DNA from: Eukaryota sp. TZLM1-RC | Lineage: Eukaryota; Protista; Metamonada: BaSk clade | Reading direction: 5' to 3' | NCBI GenBank assembly: GCA_040285825.1 | Contig: JAUPSS010000004.1 | Span: forward strand, 2,646,550 to 2,710,549 | DNA: 64,000 nt | Shown: one piece after another, positions 12,877 through 24,063 of the stretch | How positions within the stretch are numbered: position 1 is the stretch's first letter | How the letters are laid out: the number at the start of each line of letters is the position of its first letter | The notes under the pieces: model-generated | Databases searched by the model: none | What the model saw: the letters and a program-made list of their open reading frames with translations, nothing else | What the model was told of the DNA's origin: nothing | Translations under genes and position numbers: made by a program

Positions 12877-13581
12877 TCATACAAAAGGAATAAAATCCTC
12901 ACTGTTTGTGCCTGATAAAATAATTTCTTCTTCCATTGGTTCCCCAACCATACTGAGACACAATAAAATAAGGCTCCATGACATCATGTATATCAACAAT
13001 AGTGCAAAAGGAACCATGACAATACCAAAAAGGGTCAGAAAAAGAGAATTAACCAAGCTCGTTGCCATAACTGGACAGAATTCTTGTCCTAAAATGGAAA
13101 AGCAATGTTCCTTTCCGTTTGTGAGCACAAATGTCAATGGTGCAGCCAGTGACGACATTATTACTGTAAGTGTTGATAATGTTGTGAAGGAAAATACTAC
13201 TGACAAGCATGGTCGTAGGATTAAAAAGTAGATCAAGGCAGAATATGTTTTCGTATTGGTCAAAAAAGCTTTCAAATGACTCAGAAAAGTTTCATTAGTT
13301 GGATGAATTCTGAACACAAATCTTTGAAAAGTAGAATTTCCCCCATCCAAAACAAACGAACAAACTCTCAAATCCACCTTTGAACAATAGCGAAGACTCA
13401 ATAAGCCAAACATCACTATTGGAAGGCCAAATATCAGTGGGGCAAGGATTAAGCCAGATAAAAAGAGAGGAGCAAGAACAACAAGGTAGCACAGTGACAG
13501 TAATGGGCTTAGAATGATGAAGATGACAGTTAAGTACATATGAGAATTAGTAAAATCGCTGGAATTATTAAGTAGAATCAA
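12877..13581 (-). CDS. multi-pass membrane protein, putative-sensor-domain-like
   Basis: Four hydrophobic segments; LKAFLTNTKTYSALIYFLILRP resembles the putative sensor (PF13796-like) family; true start uncertain. Confidence 0.5.
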   Translation of the reverse strand: MILLNNSSDFTNSHMYLTVIFIILSPLLSLCYLVVLAPLFLSGLILAPLIFGLPIVMFGLLSLRYCSKVDLRVCSFVLDGGNSTFQRFVFRIHPTNETFLSHLKAFLTNTKTYSALIYFLILRPCLSVVFSFTTLSTLTVIMSSLAAPLTFVLTNGKEHCFSILGQEFCPVMATSLVNSLFLTLFGIVMVPFALLLIYMMSWSLILLCLSMVGEPMEEEIILSGTNSEDFIPFV

Positions 13582-14085
13582 GAATAATGCAAAGTTCGCA
13601 AGCAGTTGCGAACCTTTGTGATCTTATTGCAACAAACATCACATTGGTACTTGGGATGCAGTTGTGAAATACTCTGACAATAAAAAATGCTGAGCTAAAT
13701 CAAAATTGTCTTGCACTTTGATTATTGTTTATTTACTGTGACAATCCCTGAAACAATTAACCTGGTATACATAACTGAAAATTTATTTGAAACTGGCCAC
13801 GAGTGGAAAAGGGATACCACTCCCAGCCAGACCTTACAATGATTTGGCAATTGATGACTATAAAATCGTTGTTGACTGTAAATGAATTTTCAAATTTAAC
13901 TCTACCAATGACTAGACAAATTGAATAGAGATAATAAAGTTGATAATTCACGTCAAGTACATCTTTCAATAATCTGTAAGATATTAAATTGTGCTAATTC
14001 TACAATAATAATTTCAATAATGATCAATAAATCGAAACAAAATACATTTCTATTTTTATTAAACCACAATTAATTTTCTAAAAAA

Positions 14086-14982
14086 TCAACTACTTACAAG
14101 ATTATAAACATAAGACAGAATACCTACCAAAATAATTAACAATATAATATCCACCGTGAACTTTGATCCACCCCTTGCAGCCACCAAAGAACGCCTCATT
14201 TTTGTCGAAACCCTGTCTAGCTGCTGTGCATTATCTTCCATATCTTCCTCGATCCTGTCAATCATGTGACCCTGGACGTCAAGTTCATGACCAATACCCA
14301 CAACAATTTCCTTAACCTTTCGTACATCTTTTACCATTTCCTCGAGCTCCTGATCTTGTTCTTTTTCTATTTGGTCAAGTTTCTGTATACCCGTATCCAC
14401 ATCAATGTCCTCTAAAGCAGAGGACAATGTAGTCATCTCTTTTGGTTGGGGTTTCGACTCACTATTACCCAATAAAGAGTCTCTGAATAAGGAAACTTTA
14501 TTTGGTTTGGATTTGGATTTAGAGCGCGGTCGCGTTGGTGATTCTAATAATGATTTCCCTCGAGAACTGACCCTATTGGCTTCTAGGTTTCTGCACTCAG
14601 TGACGAGCTCTCTTATAAGTGCAATAGAGGTTTCCTTGGTTTCATCTGTGTCGTCCTGGACGTTTTTCTTGACTTTGGCAGTTTTCAGCTTTTCCAGATT
14701 GTTTAGTTGCGTCTCTACTTCGTCAATGTCCTTGCGAATCTTGGCAGAGAGCTGTGGAATACGAATGTCATTGGGGTCTCGCTGAGAAAGTTCGTCCCTC
14801 TCTGTGATTGACATGCGGATGTTTTTGAGATCTTCTGATATCTGTCTTCGTGTAAGACGGAAAGTAGATTGTTCAGTTTTCTTGGAAGAAGCAGCGGCAT
14901 TGTTGGAAGGGTCTTCAACACCACACTCAGTTTGTATGACACGAAGACGTCGAATTAAGTCCTGTAACACTACCCCAGACAT
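14086..14982 (-). CDS. syntaxin / Qc-SNARE, SYP7-like
   Basis: N-terminal helical bundle, SNARE heptad (EQDQELEEM...IGHELDVQGHMID) and C-terminal TM anchor; ATG at 14982. Confidence 0.8.
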   Translation of the reverse strand: MSGVVLQDLIRRLRVIQTECGVEDPSNNAAASSKKTEQSTFRLTRRQISEDLKNIRMSITERDELSQRDPNDIRIPQLSAKIRKDIDEVETQLNNLEKLKTAKVKKNVQDDTDETKETSIALIRELVTECRNLEANRVSSRGKSLLESPTRPRSKSKSKPNKVSLFRDSLLGNSESKPQPKEMTTLSSALEDIDVDTGIQKLDQIEKEQDQELEEMVKDVRKVKEIVVGIGHELDVQGHMIDRIEEDMEDNAQQLDRVSTKMRRSLVAARGGSKFTVDIILLIILVGILSYVYNLVSS

Positions 14983-15789
14983 GGTCAAGTATCAAGTAGA
15001 TGGGGAAGGGGATGGGAGGAGGTGTGGTGTGGTCTGTATTTGATTCATTTTCCAAAACGCAAATTCCCTTAACACAATACACTCTTAACTATGGGACGAA
15101 ATTCTATGAACCAAGATTTCCTCTACAGAGTCTTGATCTACTTGCTGTCTCGCTAAAGCTTCTCCAATTCGATAGAAAAAACAAGACAATCTATTAATTA
15201 TGGTAAATTTAATTCGAGAGCCCCAAAAAGGGTTATCAAATCTTTTCATTGTTTTTTATTCATTTGTAGTTCAAAATTGACTGAAGCCACATTCACTGGT
15301 AGAATGCATTTTTACAAACAAGTAAACTCTTCTGTTGCCCAAAATTGGTGTAAGCTATACCAACAAATTCAATGTTATTTGCAACAAAAGTTTTAATATT
15401 CTGAATTACTTGGTTTATTTGTGGAAAACATTGTAACATCATCATCACCATCAACAATTCAACACACTTTGTCCCAAATTCAAAAGGGTGTTTAAAAAAG
15501 TCCCTAAGTCTAAAGGTTTATGTACTTGCAACATCAAGACCACATCTCCTCAATAACTCAATTTAAAATGATGATTTCACAAATTGTTTACGAACCGTGC
15601 ACTAAACTTGATTCTTAGAAATTCAATTTTTTTTTACTTATTTTCATATTAGCCATCCATTTTTTCCAATGCGAATCGATACCTTCTTTTTATGGTTTCA
15701 TATCATTTGCTACTTTCTGTTTAGGGGTTCTTTTAACTCCATATCTGCGATTTACCAATTATTATTATTTACAAATTATCCGCGTTTGC

Positions 15790-16440
15790 CCCGAATTCAG
15801 CAACTTTTATAGATTATTTCCAACTTTGTGGTTGCCAAACCAAACTTTCAAACTGGCAACTTCTTTTTGATAATTGACTTTTACAGTCTTGACTTGTGGA
15901 GCATTCATAAAATGCAAGCTTTTGTTCACAAGTAAAAGACTGAAAGTTGGTTGTTAAAAAATCTTGTTCAGCATTTTGGCAACCCAAAATACACTTTAAT
16001 ACTAATGGGAGATTATGGTAAAAGCGGCTCTAAAAATTTGAAACATCATCGACCTACTCAAGGTATTCGATGGATTCAATTTCTGAAAAGAAATGGATTT
16101 GACGTATTGATGACTAATGAAGCTTTTACTTCAGCAAAATGTCCTGTTTGTTTTAAAAAGGTTGTTACTTTTTTGAGAGTAACAAATCCCAGATTGCATA
16201 GGAGAGAAAAGACTCCTGTTGCTACATGTCATGGTTTATTAGCTTTTAACAGTGAGAGTTGTAAACTCAGTAACAAAGGCTCAACAAAGCTTTTCAATAG
16301 AAATAAGCTTATTGCCTGAATATGTTTGCAATTACTGAAGCTAGAATGAGTGGTAATGAAAGGCCTCAGTATCAGTGTAGTAGATGTTCTTTGTAATTAT
16401 TCCAGACGAAAGTTGATCATGTACTTATTGGAATTACTTA
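15790..16440 (+). mobile_element. Fanzor remnant, family 2 (RuvC-II, Zn finger, degenerate RuvC-III and 3' end)
   Basis: LILMGDYG, PTQGIRW..FLKRNGFDVLMTNEAFTSAKCPVC, NPR..R....CHGLL and FNRN...LNM are Fanzor1 C-terminal motifs; in-frame stops; 3' non-coding end homologous to 46100-46223. Confidence 0.8.
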
Positions 16441-16463
16441 TGAATCAGAAATTGAGCCAACAA

Positions 16464-18464
16464 ATGTCTCAGCCTTCACACCCCTCCTCCTTGGATCGAC
16501 CCAGCTCTTCTTCCCTTAATCAACAAGGTTGCTGTGCTTCTGTCCACCGTCCTTTGTCCCAAGGTACGGGCGTCAAGTTTATTTGCAACAACTCCGAACA
16601 CTATCTTCTGCTCACTTATTCTGGCGAGGTCTATGGTTTGGGGTGTAACAATAAAGGCCAGGTTCTTTATAATGGACCTCAAATGATTGGTAGTATCCCA
16701 ATCAAATTACCCTTAAATAATATTACTTCTATTTCAGCTGGATTCAATCACTCCCTTGCCCTCTCTTCTGAAGGAAAGCTATATGGTTGGGGTTGTAATG
16801 AAGATAATCAAATAAATATGTCTGATAATCATTCACTACCACTTTCTCTTATAGAAATTCCTTATAACATTAAGGAAATTTATCTCGCCTTTGAATGTTC
16901 ATTTGCTTTGACCCAAGAAGGCCAAGTTATAAAATGGGGAGGTGGTAAATCATTTGAATTTATTGAAGAATTAAATAATATTGATTTTGTTTGTGCTGAT
17001 GGTGATTATGCCGATTGTTTTGTCGCAGTCGATGATAGTAATACTTTTTTCTTTTTTAATAATGGGGAAATAGTTCAGCTGCAAATTACCCAATATTTAA
17101 TTCCCAGAAAATTATTAAATAATTCTATTGTATTAACTTGTTTGTTTTTGCTTATCGTTGACATTAATGGTGACATTTGGAAGTTTGGCACAAGTGATAA
17201 TTTTTTTAATAACAAACCCACCAAAGTTCCAGGTTTGAGCAATATTGTTTCTGTTAGTGGTTATGGCAGTTTTTTTGCAGCTATCAATAATAATGGTAAT
17301 GTTTTTGTGTGGGTTGAGTCAAAAACAAGCAGTGACGAACATCAAAATGAATCAATTTTAATCGAACCTTTGGTTAATGTTGAAGGTATTTCAGTAGGTC
17401 GTGAGTTCCTCTTTGCCTACAACAAAAACACTGTTTTGGCTTGGCATAGGAATACTGAAGGCCAACTAGGTACAGGCGATTTGATGGAACGAGCACAACC
17501 TCTCAAAGTATTTGGGTCTGAAATACTTGGCAGTTTTCTTCATTCAAAACAAGCTTTGAATAGAATGTTTAGTCGTCTTATTAAGCTTGTTTATTGGGAA
17601 TATTTAAATTATTTAGCTAATTTAATTGGTAATCATCCATATGTCAAGGCAAGATTTTACACCAAATGTTCAGTTAGCAAGAGAGTAGCCAAACTTGCCA
17701 AAGCAGTGCTTAATGATCATCCAATTCAAAAAAGGTTACTGTTAAATGATCCTACAAGTCTGGGTTTGGATCAGAGTTTTTCTGATCTACAATTGCGATT
17801 ATCTACTGCTTATAATGGTCCCAAAGTGTTTAATACTAGAATTAAAAAACTTGATGTTTACTATGATGATGTTGATGATGGTTTACAATTATTGTCATTT
17901 TTCCCAAATGTTGAGGTTGTTAAGCTTGGTGGAAGGTCAATGTCTGCATTTTCTTTAACCCTGGCAAATTTATCAAATCTTAAATGTCTAGAGCTTGATT
18001 ATTATTTCAATATTAAACAGTTACCCACTTCACTAGTGAAGTTAGCACTTTCTCATGGCAATAATGATGTTACTGATTTAAGCTATTTGACTTCATTAAA
18101 AGATTTGGCTATAAACAAGGGTGTTTCTAAAAGAACTTTAGAAGGACAAATACCTTTACCTCAATCTATTGTTAGATTAGAAATACGGCTTTATAGTTGT
18201 GTCAATGTTGAAATTCAATTACCCAACTTGAAGGAATTGATAATTAATGAAGCAATTCCTACCAATATTACTGAAGAAAACTTTCCTTCTCTGAAATTCA
18301 TTCAATTGATTAGACCTAATGAAGAAAATTTGTTAAACTCTTCCCTATCTCCAACAAACCTTGCTAACATTGGTTTAATCAAGTCTGTTCATCTAACTAA
18401 GAATGAATATTTAGTTGAATTATCGTGTTTTCCATGGTGGATTCAGTATTCAGCTAAAAGTTAA
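16464..18464 (+). CDS. RCC1-repeat protein with C-terminal LRR/FNIP-like repeats
   Basis: ISAGFNHSLALSSEGKLYGWGCNEDNQ and GQLGTGD RCC1 motifs; LPTSLVKL and LPQSIVRL repeats; ATG 16464 preferred because the upstream part of the track ORF is Fanzor-derived. Confidence 0.8.
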   Translation: MSQPSHPSSLDRPSSSSLNQQGCCASVHRPLSQGTGVKFICNNSEHYLLLTYSGEVYGLGCNNKGQVLYNGPQMIGSIPIKLPLNNITSISAGFNHSLALSSEGKLYGWGCNEDNQINMSDNHSLPLSLIEIPYNIKEIYLAFECSFALTQEGQVIKWGGGKSFEFIEELNNIDFVCADGDYADCFVAVDDSNTFFFFNNGEIVQLQITQYLIPRKLLNNSIVLTCLFLLIVDINGDIWKFGTSDNFFNNKPTKVPGLSNIVSVSGYGSFFAAINNNGNVFVWVESKTSSDEHQNESILIEPLVNVEGISVGREFLFAYNKNTVLAWHRNTEGQLGTGDLMERAQPLKVFGSEILGSFLHSKQALNRMFSRLIKLVYWEYLNYLANLIGNHPYVKARFYTKCSVSKRVAKLAKAVLNDHPIQKRLLLNDPTSLGLDQSFSDLQLRLSTAYNGPKVFNTRIKKLDVYYDDVDDGLQLLSFFPNVEVVKLGGRSMSAFSLTLANLSNLKCLELDYYFNIKQLPTSLVKLALSHGNNDVTDLSYLTSLKDLAINKGVSKRTLEGQIPLPQSIVRLEIRLYSCVNVEIQLPNLKELIINEAIPTNITEENFPSLKFIQLIRPNEENLLNSSLSPTNLANIGLIKSVHLTKNEYLVELSCFPWWIQYSAKS

Positions 18465-18603
18465 AAGGATTTGGTTGATACCTTCCGCGACTATTTAGAT
18501 CATTAGCCTCCAATAAATTCAATAAATTCAATAGTTCATATAATCGTTCATATTTATATTTCATTCCATTAAGTTGTTCTATTTATTGTTCATGAAATTA
18601 CCA

Positions 18604-20012
18604 TTTCATTTAAATATTGAGAAAACATTTGAAATTCTTTTTCCTCAAAATATGTTATTCTGGAAAATTTACTCATATTTTGAGATCAACATCACCATCA
18701 ATTTCTTTGGAGTTTTGTCGCATTTTTAATGAACAAAGAACCAATTTTTTAGCAAAATTATTGGAAATTGATGCATCTCAGTTAAGAAGCCACATTTTTT
18801 GTGGTACAAATTTTGGTGGTGTTGATTTTCATAAATCAAGCTACCTTTGTAACGCTGCCTTTATTGGAGGTGGAAAGAATTTTATTTATGAATTTGTGAA
18901 TCGTTTTCCTGAAAAAATTCATCTCATTGAAAATTGTGGCAGCTCTTATCTTATTTCTTTGCAACAGGAAATTGAAACACTTTCACCCAATATTTGGGCT
19001 AAATGTTTCCCCTCTGATATTGTGGAACTTCCTTCAAGAAGCTTGCTCTCCTTACCACTGACTTTTGCAAAATTGCAGAAAAAAATCTTGAAAGTTTTAG
19101 AAAACTTGGATTATATTGTACGTCTTAGCTTGGCTAAGGAGAAAAATCTCGTTTTTGCAAACTTTTTGATTGATCTTGAAGACAGTAGCTCAAGTTGCCT
19201 AATCTCCCAAATTCCCAACATTCTTGGCCTTTTACTTAATGATCACCAATGGACCACTGCAATGAGAATGAGATGTTTTCTATGGCCTTGTTCATTCCCA
19301 AATGATTTAATTTGTCGCTGCAAGAGTGTTGTTACGCTTTCCCATATTTTAAACTGTAAGTATTTTATAACTTATCGCTCAATTGTTCATGACTCAGTTC
19401 GTGATCAATTATATGCCATGTGCAAATGTTTCAATATAGAGGCATTTATTGAGCCACTAGTACGTAAGCTGTCTTCAGATCAAACGGATGATTCCTTTGG
19501 TAAAAGAAGGGCAGATTTAGTAGCTCCAGGGATCGATGGTGTTCTCAATGTTGTAGATATTGTCTCAGTTGATGTTTGCAAAAATTCTGCTGCTCGTTTA
19601 GTGTATTCCGCTGATTCGTCGTTATCTAACGCCGAAAAAAAGAAGATAAAAAAATATGAAGAACCTTTGGCACAGTTAGGTAGAGTGGAACATGTGAAAT
19701 ATCAGTTTGTGCCGTTTGCAATTTCTCTTTTTGGCAATATTGGACCTTCAGGGTTGCACTTTTTTGAAAATTTCAAAAAAGTGTTACTGAATAGGTCTGG
19801 TAAAACAATGAACTCCACTTTCTGGATAAATAGAATTGTTTTTTGCATTTTCAAGTCTATTCCAACAATGATTTCAAAGGCACTTTTAGCTATTGGTGTA
19901 GAATATGAACGTAATGCTGTGAGTAGGTTCAGTAATAGTGACGCTTGTTTGGAGGATATTGAATACTAGATGGGTTTTTTTATCTCAATAAATATTCCAG
20001 TTTTAAAAAAAA
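18604..20012 (+). mobile_element. 5'-truncated RLE-type (CRE-like) non-LTR retrotransposon, family A
   Basis: ORF 18617..19969 covers post-RT region, CRC..HILNC, RSIVHDSVRD, RADL..D..AEKKKIKKY endonuclease; short poly(A) ending at 20012; 10-bp TSD GAAATTACCA (18594-18603 and 20013-20022). Confidence 0.85.
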
Positions 20013-20464
20013 GAAATTACCAGCAATTGACGACCTTTCTTTCTTATTTTGTGATCATCTTCCCAAAAGCTCTAGGTTATAATCATTGCATACTTTATAC
20101 TCATTTTAACTATCCATTTAATACTTTTATGCTTTCAAACTGGTTTTCATTTAATCAAAACGTTACTGTTCCAAGTCTGTAATTGCGGGCTTTAGGGCTA
20201 TCTAGTTGAACTTCATTAAAGGAGTCTGCATTGTTTTACCAATGACGTCCATCCCTTCTTTAATACAAGCTTCGTCTCTCTGTCAAACAGGAACATGCTG
20301 CTTCCATGTGTTCTGGCCTTTTCAGAATTTTCAGAATCAATTGTGTATCCTGATTTAATCTACCTAATCTTAATATTTATTGAACCCAATAAACTCCAAA
20401 AAAACATTTACAGGAACTATACAAACTGAAAATTGAAAAACTTTCATAAACCTCTAATGGAATC

Positions 20465-20779
20465 TCACGCCTTATTGGGAACTGGCAGCGGCCGTGATCT
20501 ATTTGTTGGCATGGGAAAGGGGGTTGGGGGACGCATTGCTTTGGAGTGCACGCCTCTAGACTTGGGGAGCCATGGATGCATAGAATGAGAACCATCAGCA
20601 AGTTGCTTTCTGGCATCTGAAACAATGGTGTGTGGAGAACAACGTTGAGAGAAGACGTCACCTTGTGATAGCACACTAACAAGACGTGATCGTGGCGTGG
20701 AAAGAGAAGACGGCGGTAGAGGGGGAACCATTTTACGAAAGGCAGGTAAGCTCTTTTGAGGTGAGGGTGGAGTAGTCAT
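20465..20779 (-). CDS. hypothetical Pro/Ser-rich protein (104 aa)
   Basis: ATG-initiated ORF, clearly more GC-rich than its flanks; no recognised domain. Confidence 0.5.
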   Translation of the reverse strand: MTTPPSPQKSLPAFRKMVPPLPPSSLSTPRSRLVSVLSQGDVFSQRCSPHTIVSDARKQLADGSHSMHPWLPKSRGVHSKAMRPPTPFPMPTNRSRPLPVPNKA

Positions 20780-21040
20780 TGAAACAGATGATGTCTATAA
20801 CAATGAAATAAGTTTCCTTTTTTAGACCGATGTAGACTGAGTTTTTGGGAAGTGGAAGATTTTCTTCTTGATAGCCTTTTCTTTGAACCTTTATCAACTT
20901 TGGCTCTCTGCAGGTATTCCGGTCTATCTCCACCATTCACATGTGCTTCCATCACTGCCAACATATTCAGCGAAGCATTTCGATCTCTATTCCACAAACT
21001 TTCGCATGATTTACACATGGTAAGCCCGTGACCATATCAT
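20780..21040 (-). mobile_element. Fanzor 3'-end remnant, family 1
   Basis: GLTMCKSCESLWNRDRNASLNML...GGDRPEYLQR (Zn finger, RuvC-III and C-terminal RP motif); strong nucleotide similarity to 36157-36395. Confidence 0.85.
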
Positions 21041-21517
21041 ATTTGAGTAGCTTTGATCAGCTTCGACCATTTGATTAAGTCACATTTGAACGCTTATTCA
21101 ACAATGTTATGCTGACCCGGCTATTTTGTTTCATGATGTCGAATTATTGAAAAGTACCTCGTTAATTACTTGTCGTTATAAGAAACCCAACGAAGCCAAG
21201 AATCTCACGTTGCGTTTTTGTCCAATCACTAAATCAACTATAACTCCAGTGATAATCTACTACTACTGCACTATTCTCATATTCTGGTATCCATTCTGGT
21301 ATTCATTTTCAGTAGATAATTTACCATTGTTTCACCAAACACTATAACTATATTAAAATATTTTCAATTAGTGATTTGGAACTTTTATAAGAAAAATAAT
21401 TTCCAATTTTAAACAAAGTGCTTCGAAAACAGAATTTGAAAGCTATTTATTTTTTTTCTGGCAAATAAAACGAAATTTATCAAACTGGCACACTTGATAA
21501 AATAAACTCGCAACTAA

Positions 21518-21564
21518 TGGGGTAGTCATTCTTACAGATGATGTCTATAACGATGAAATAAGTT
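21518..21564 (-). repeat. isolated copy of the family-1 Fanzor right end plus flank
   Basis: Minus strand reads AACTTATTTCATCGTTATAGACATCATCTGTAAGA-ATGACTACCCCA, versus AACTTATTTCATTGTTATAGACATCATCTGTTTCA-ATGACTACTCCA at 20768-20814. Confidence 0.75.
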
Positions 21565-21963
21565 GCTTCTAAATTGGAAAATTGTTATATGTGTGCAGAA
21601 ATCTTTCTGGAAATCTTTGACTTCACCTAGAGTTATCAGTATGGCTAATCAAACATCTTTATTAGACTAGTAAGTTACATACACTCGGAGGTGGAACGGT
21701 TATGCATTTTTCTTTCAATAATAATTTATAAGTGGGAAAAAATAAATACCTTTAAACTCACCAGTTTTCAAAGTTCACCAACAATAACTATATCATCAAA
21801 AACAATCACATCGTTCATGACCGCAGACAACATCTCCGCGCAATGAAACCAAAAAAAAACAATTATATTCACACCCCAAAGAAAAATCCTTCTTTGATTC
21901 GTTTCTTACCTTCTACAGTGCAGAAAGGTTACTTCACTCTTTGACATCATTTCTTATTAGCGG

Positions 21964-23640
21964 ATGTCATTCCAAAACTTACAGCGCCAACCTACTCGCT
22001 CTGGTTTAGCCAGTCGCGGTCTCTCTACACCTGTAACTGGAAAAGGTGTTACTTCTCTCCAAAACGTCACAGTCCAAAATCGTCCTGTTACATCCCACCA
22101 ACACGGCCTTGTTGGCGTCTCTACCTCCCACGGTGCTTCCAGACAGGTGTACGATCGCAACTGCGTACTCGCTGACCTCAACGCTCAAATAAAAGATGTG
22201 TCTCAAGAACTACAAACTCTTCAGTCCAAAATTGACAGAACCAACTCTCTATTTCAAAAAGAAGATACAATTAACAAAAAGAAGGCTAAACTCTCCTCAC
22301 AACTAGATCACCTTAAAGCCAAGCTGACAGACACGAACCTCGTAGTGGACCATCTTGAGTCTGGTGACGCTATAACTGTTTTGAATGAAATGCTGCAGAA
22401 ATATGTTGAGGAGAACAACGAACTTTCAAGCAAGGTAGACAGAATGTATGATGAAAGGAAAAGATTGGAGAGTGAAGTAGAAAGCATGAAGGTGCAGCAG
22501 GAAAAGGTGGAGGAACATCTTGAAGTAGAAGTTGGAAGGATGTCAGAAGAGGCCAAAAATAAGTACGAATCACTCAAAAGTAAACGTGATAGTCTTTTAG
22601 GGTCAATATCGGAAGCTGATGACGTTTATGGACAGTTATCTATGGAATTAGAGTCAATGAAAGCTAAACTAAGTGAGGATAGTGGAGATAATAGGAATGT
22701 TGACTGGATTTTGGAATATGAACGGCTCAGTCAGTCTATAGAAGAGCTCAAAGCGGAAATATCCGAAAATTCATTAAACCTGACACCTGCAGAAGAAAAA
22801 GACAATTTGGTTAAGCAAATGAAACAGTGGAACTCTGAAATTCAACAAGCAAAATCCCACACTTCGGCTTTAAGAGAGGAAAATCTCGAATTACAAGATA
22901 AAATTGCCAGCTTTAATAGTAAATCTACAAGTGAAGGTGAATTAGATCAAAAACATTTGAGAAAATACGAATTACTTCGGAAGCAAAAAGGTGAAATTGA
23001 AGACTTTTTCAAGAAATTTCCTGATATGGAACGTGATCTATGCAATCAAATTCGTAATCAGTCTTCGCAAGTCAGCGACATGATTAAATTTTTGGTAAGC
23101 GAATTGAATATCACCACTAGTGTCGGCATCGATCTTGACGCTTTCAAAGGGGAAGGTACGACAAAGCAGGAGAATTCTTCTGAAGTCCTGGCCATGAAGA
23201 AAGCAGAATTAACCAAGTTGAGGCAAATGGAAGAATCAATATTATCAGAGGAGGGAAAATTAAGGAGCTCATTGAGGAAGATCAAGAATGAATTGTTACA
23301 GTTTGAGAACTCTGAGCAACTTGCTGAGTCGACCCGGTCAGAAAGACAGCGACTTTCGTCTGAATTATCAAGACTGGAAAAGAGAAGCACGTTTTTCAAG
23401 AATGTTATTGATCGGCTCAAATCTGAGTTGCTTGATATTGAAAAACAATTGGGTAGAAATAATGTTGCGTTGGAACTGGCAAAGATGGATAAGGTGTTTT
23501 CAATTCAGCAAGCCAAGATTTCTAAAAATAGACTATATGTAGAGAAGTACAATGATATTGTTGCTTATACTAAGTTGAAGAGTAATTGTCAGGAGCTTGC
23601 TGATACTTTAAATAGGAATCTTAAAACTTCTGTACTTTGA
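21964..23640 (+). CDS. IFT74: intraflagellar transport protein 74
   Basis: Basic N-terminus RQPTRSG, VTVQNRPVT..HGLVGV and RQVYDRN..LADL match the IFT74 N-terminal signature; followed by a long coiled coil. Confidence 0.85.
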   Translation: MSFQNLQRQPTRSGLASRGLSTPVTGKGVTSLQNVTVQNRPVTSHQHGLVGVSTSHGASRQVYDRNCVLADLNAQIKDVSQELQTLQSKIDRTNSLFQKEDTINKKKAKLSSQLDHLKAKLTDTNLVVDHLESGDAITVLNEMLQKYVEENNELSSKVDRMYDERKRLESEVESMKVQQEKVEEHLEVEVGRMSEEAKNKYESLKSKRDSLLGSISEADDVYGQLSMELESMKAKLSEDSGDNRNVDWILEYERLSQSIEELKAEISENSLNLTPAEEKDNLVKQMKQWNSEIQQAKSHTSALREENLELQDKIASFNSKSTSEGELDQKHLRKYELLRKQKGEIEDFFKKFPDMERDLCNQIRNQSSQVSDMIKFLVSELNITTSVGIDLDAFKGEGTTKQENSSEVLAMKKAELTKLRQMEESILSEEGKLRSSLRKIKNELLQFENSEQLAESTRSERQRLSSELSRLEKRSTFFKNVIDRLKSELLDIEKQLGRNNVALELAKMDKVFSIQQAKISKNRLYVEKYNDIVAYTKLKSNCQELADTLNRNLKTSVL

Positions 23641-24063
23641 ACTTTGTAATTATGTAATTATAGAAAACTTGGTGAGCTCACCATCACTTAATGTTTTAAT
23701 AAAAGAATATTTTCATTTTTCTGCTTTATTAGATTAACCAAAAATAGTCAGCTATAAAATTGAATATATTTTTCCTTTCCTTTACCACTACATCAAAATT
23801 TCTCAAGGAAAGCCATAGCAGCCTTACCTAGAGATCCAACCAAAGAAACAAAAAGGGACATAAATTATATACAATACGATATCTTTCGTATTTAGCAATT
23901 TTGTAGCAGTTTTTGCCAGCAAGAAGAGGATTATTGACATTTAAGTTAATAAAATTAAATGGAGAGAAGAATCCGTATCTTTACCACGAATTGCGATGAA
24001 AAATAGTTGAAATGACTTTATAATATGTACAAAACTTGACCATTTGGTTTCATTTACCCAAAA

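Noticed and set aside
16350-16463. N-terminal extension of the RCC1-like ORF in the track
   Set aside because: Starts at GTG inside Fanzor-derived sequence; ATG 16464 is more plausible
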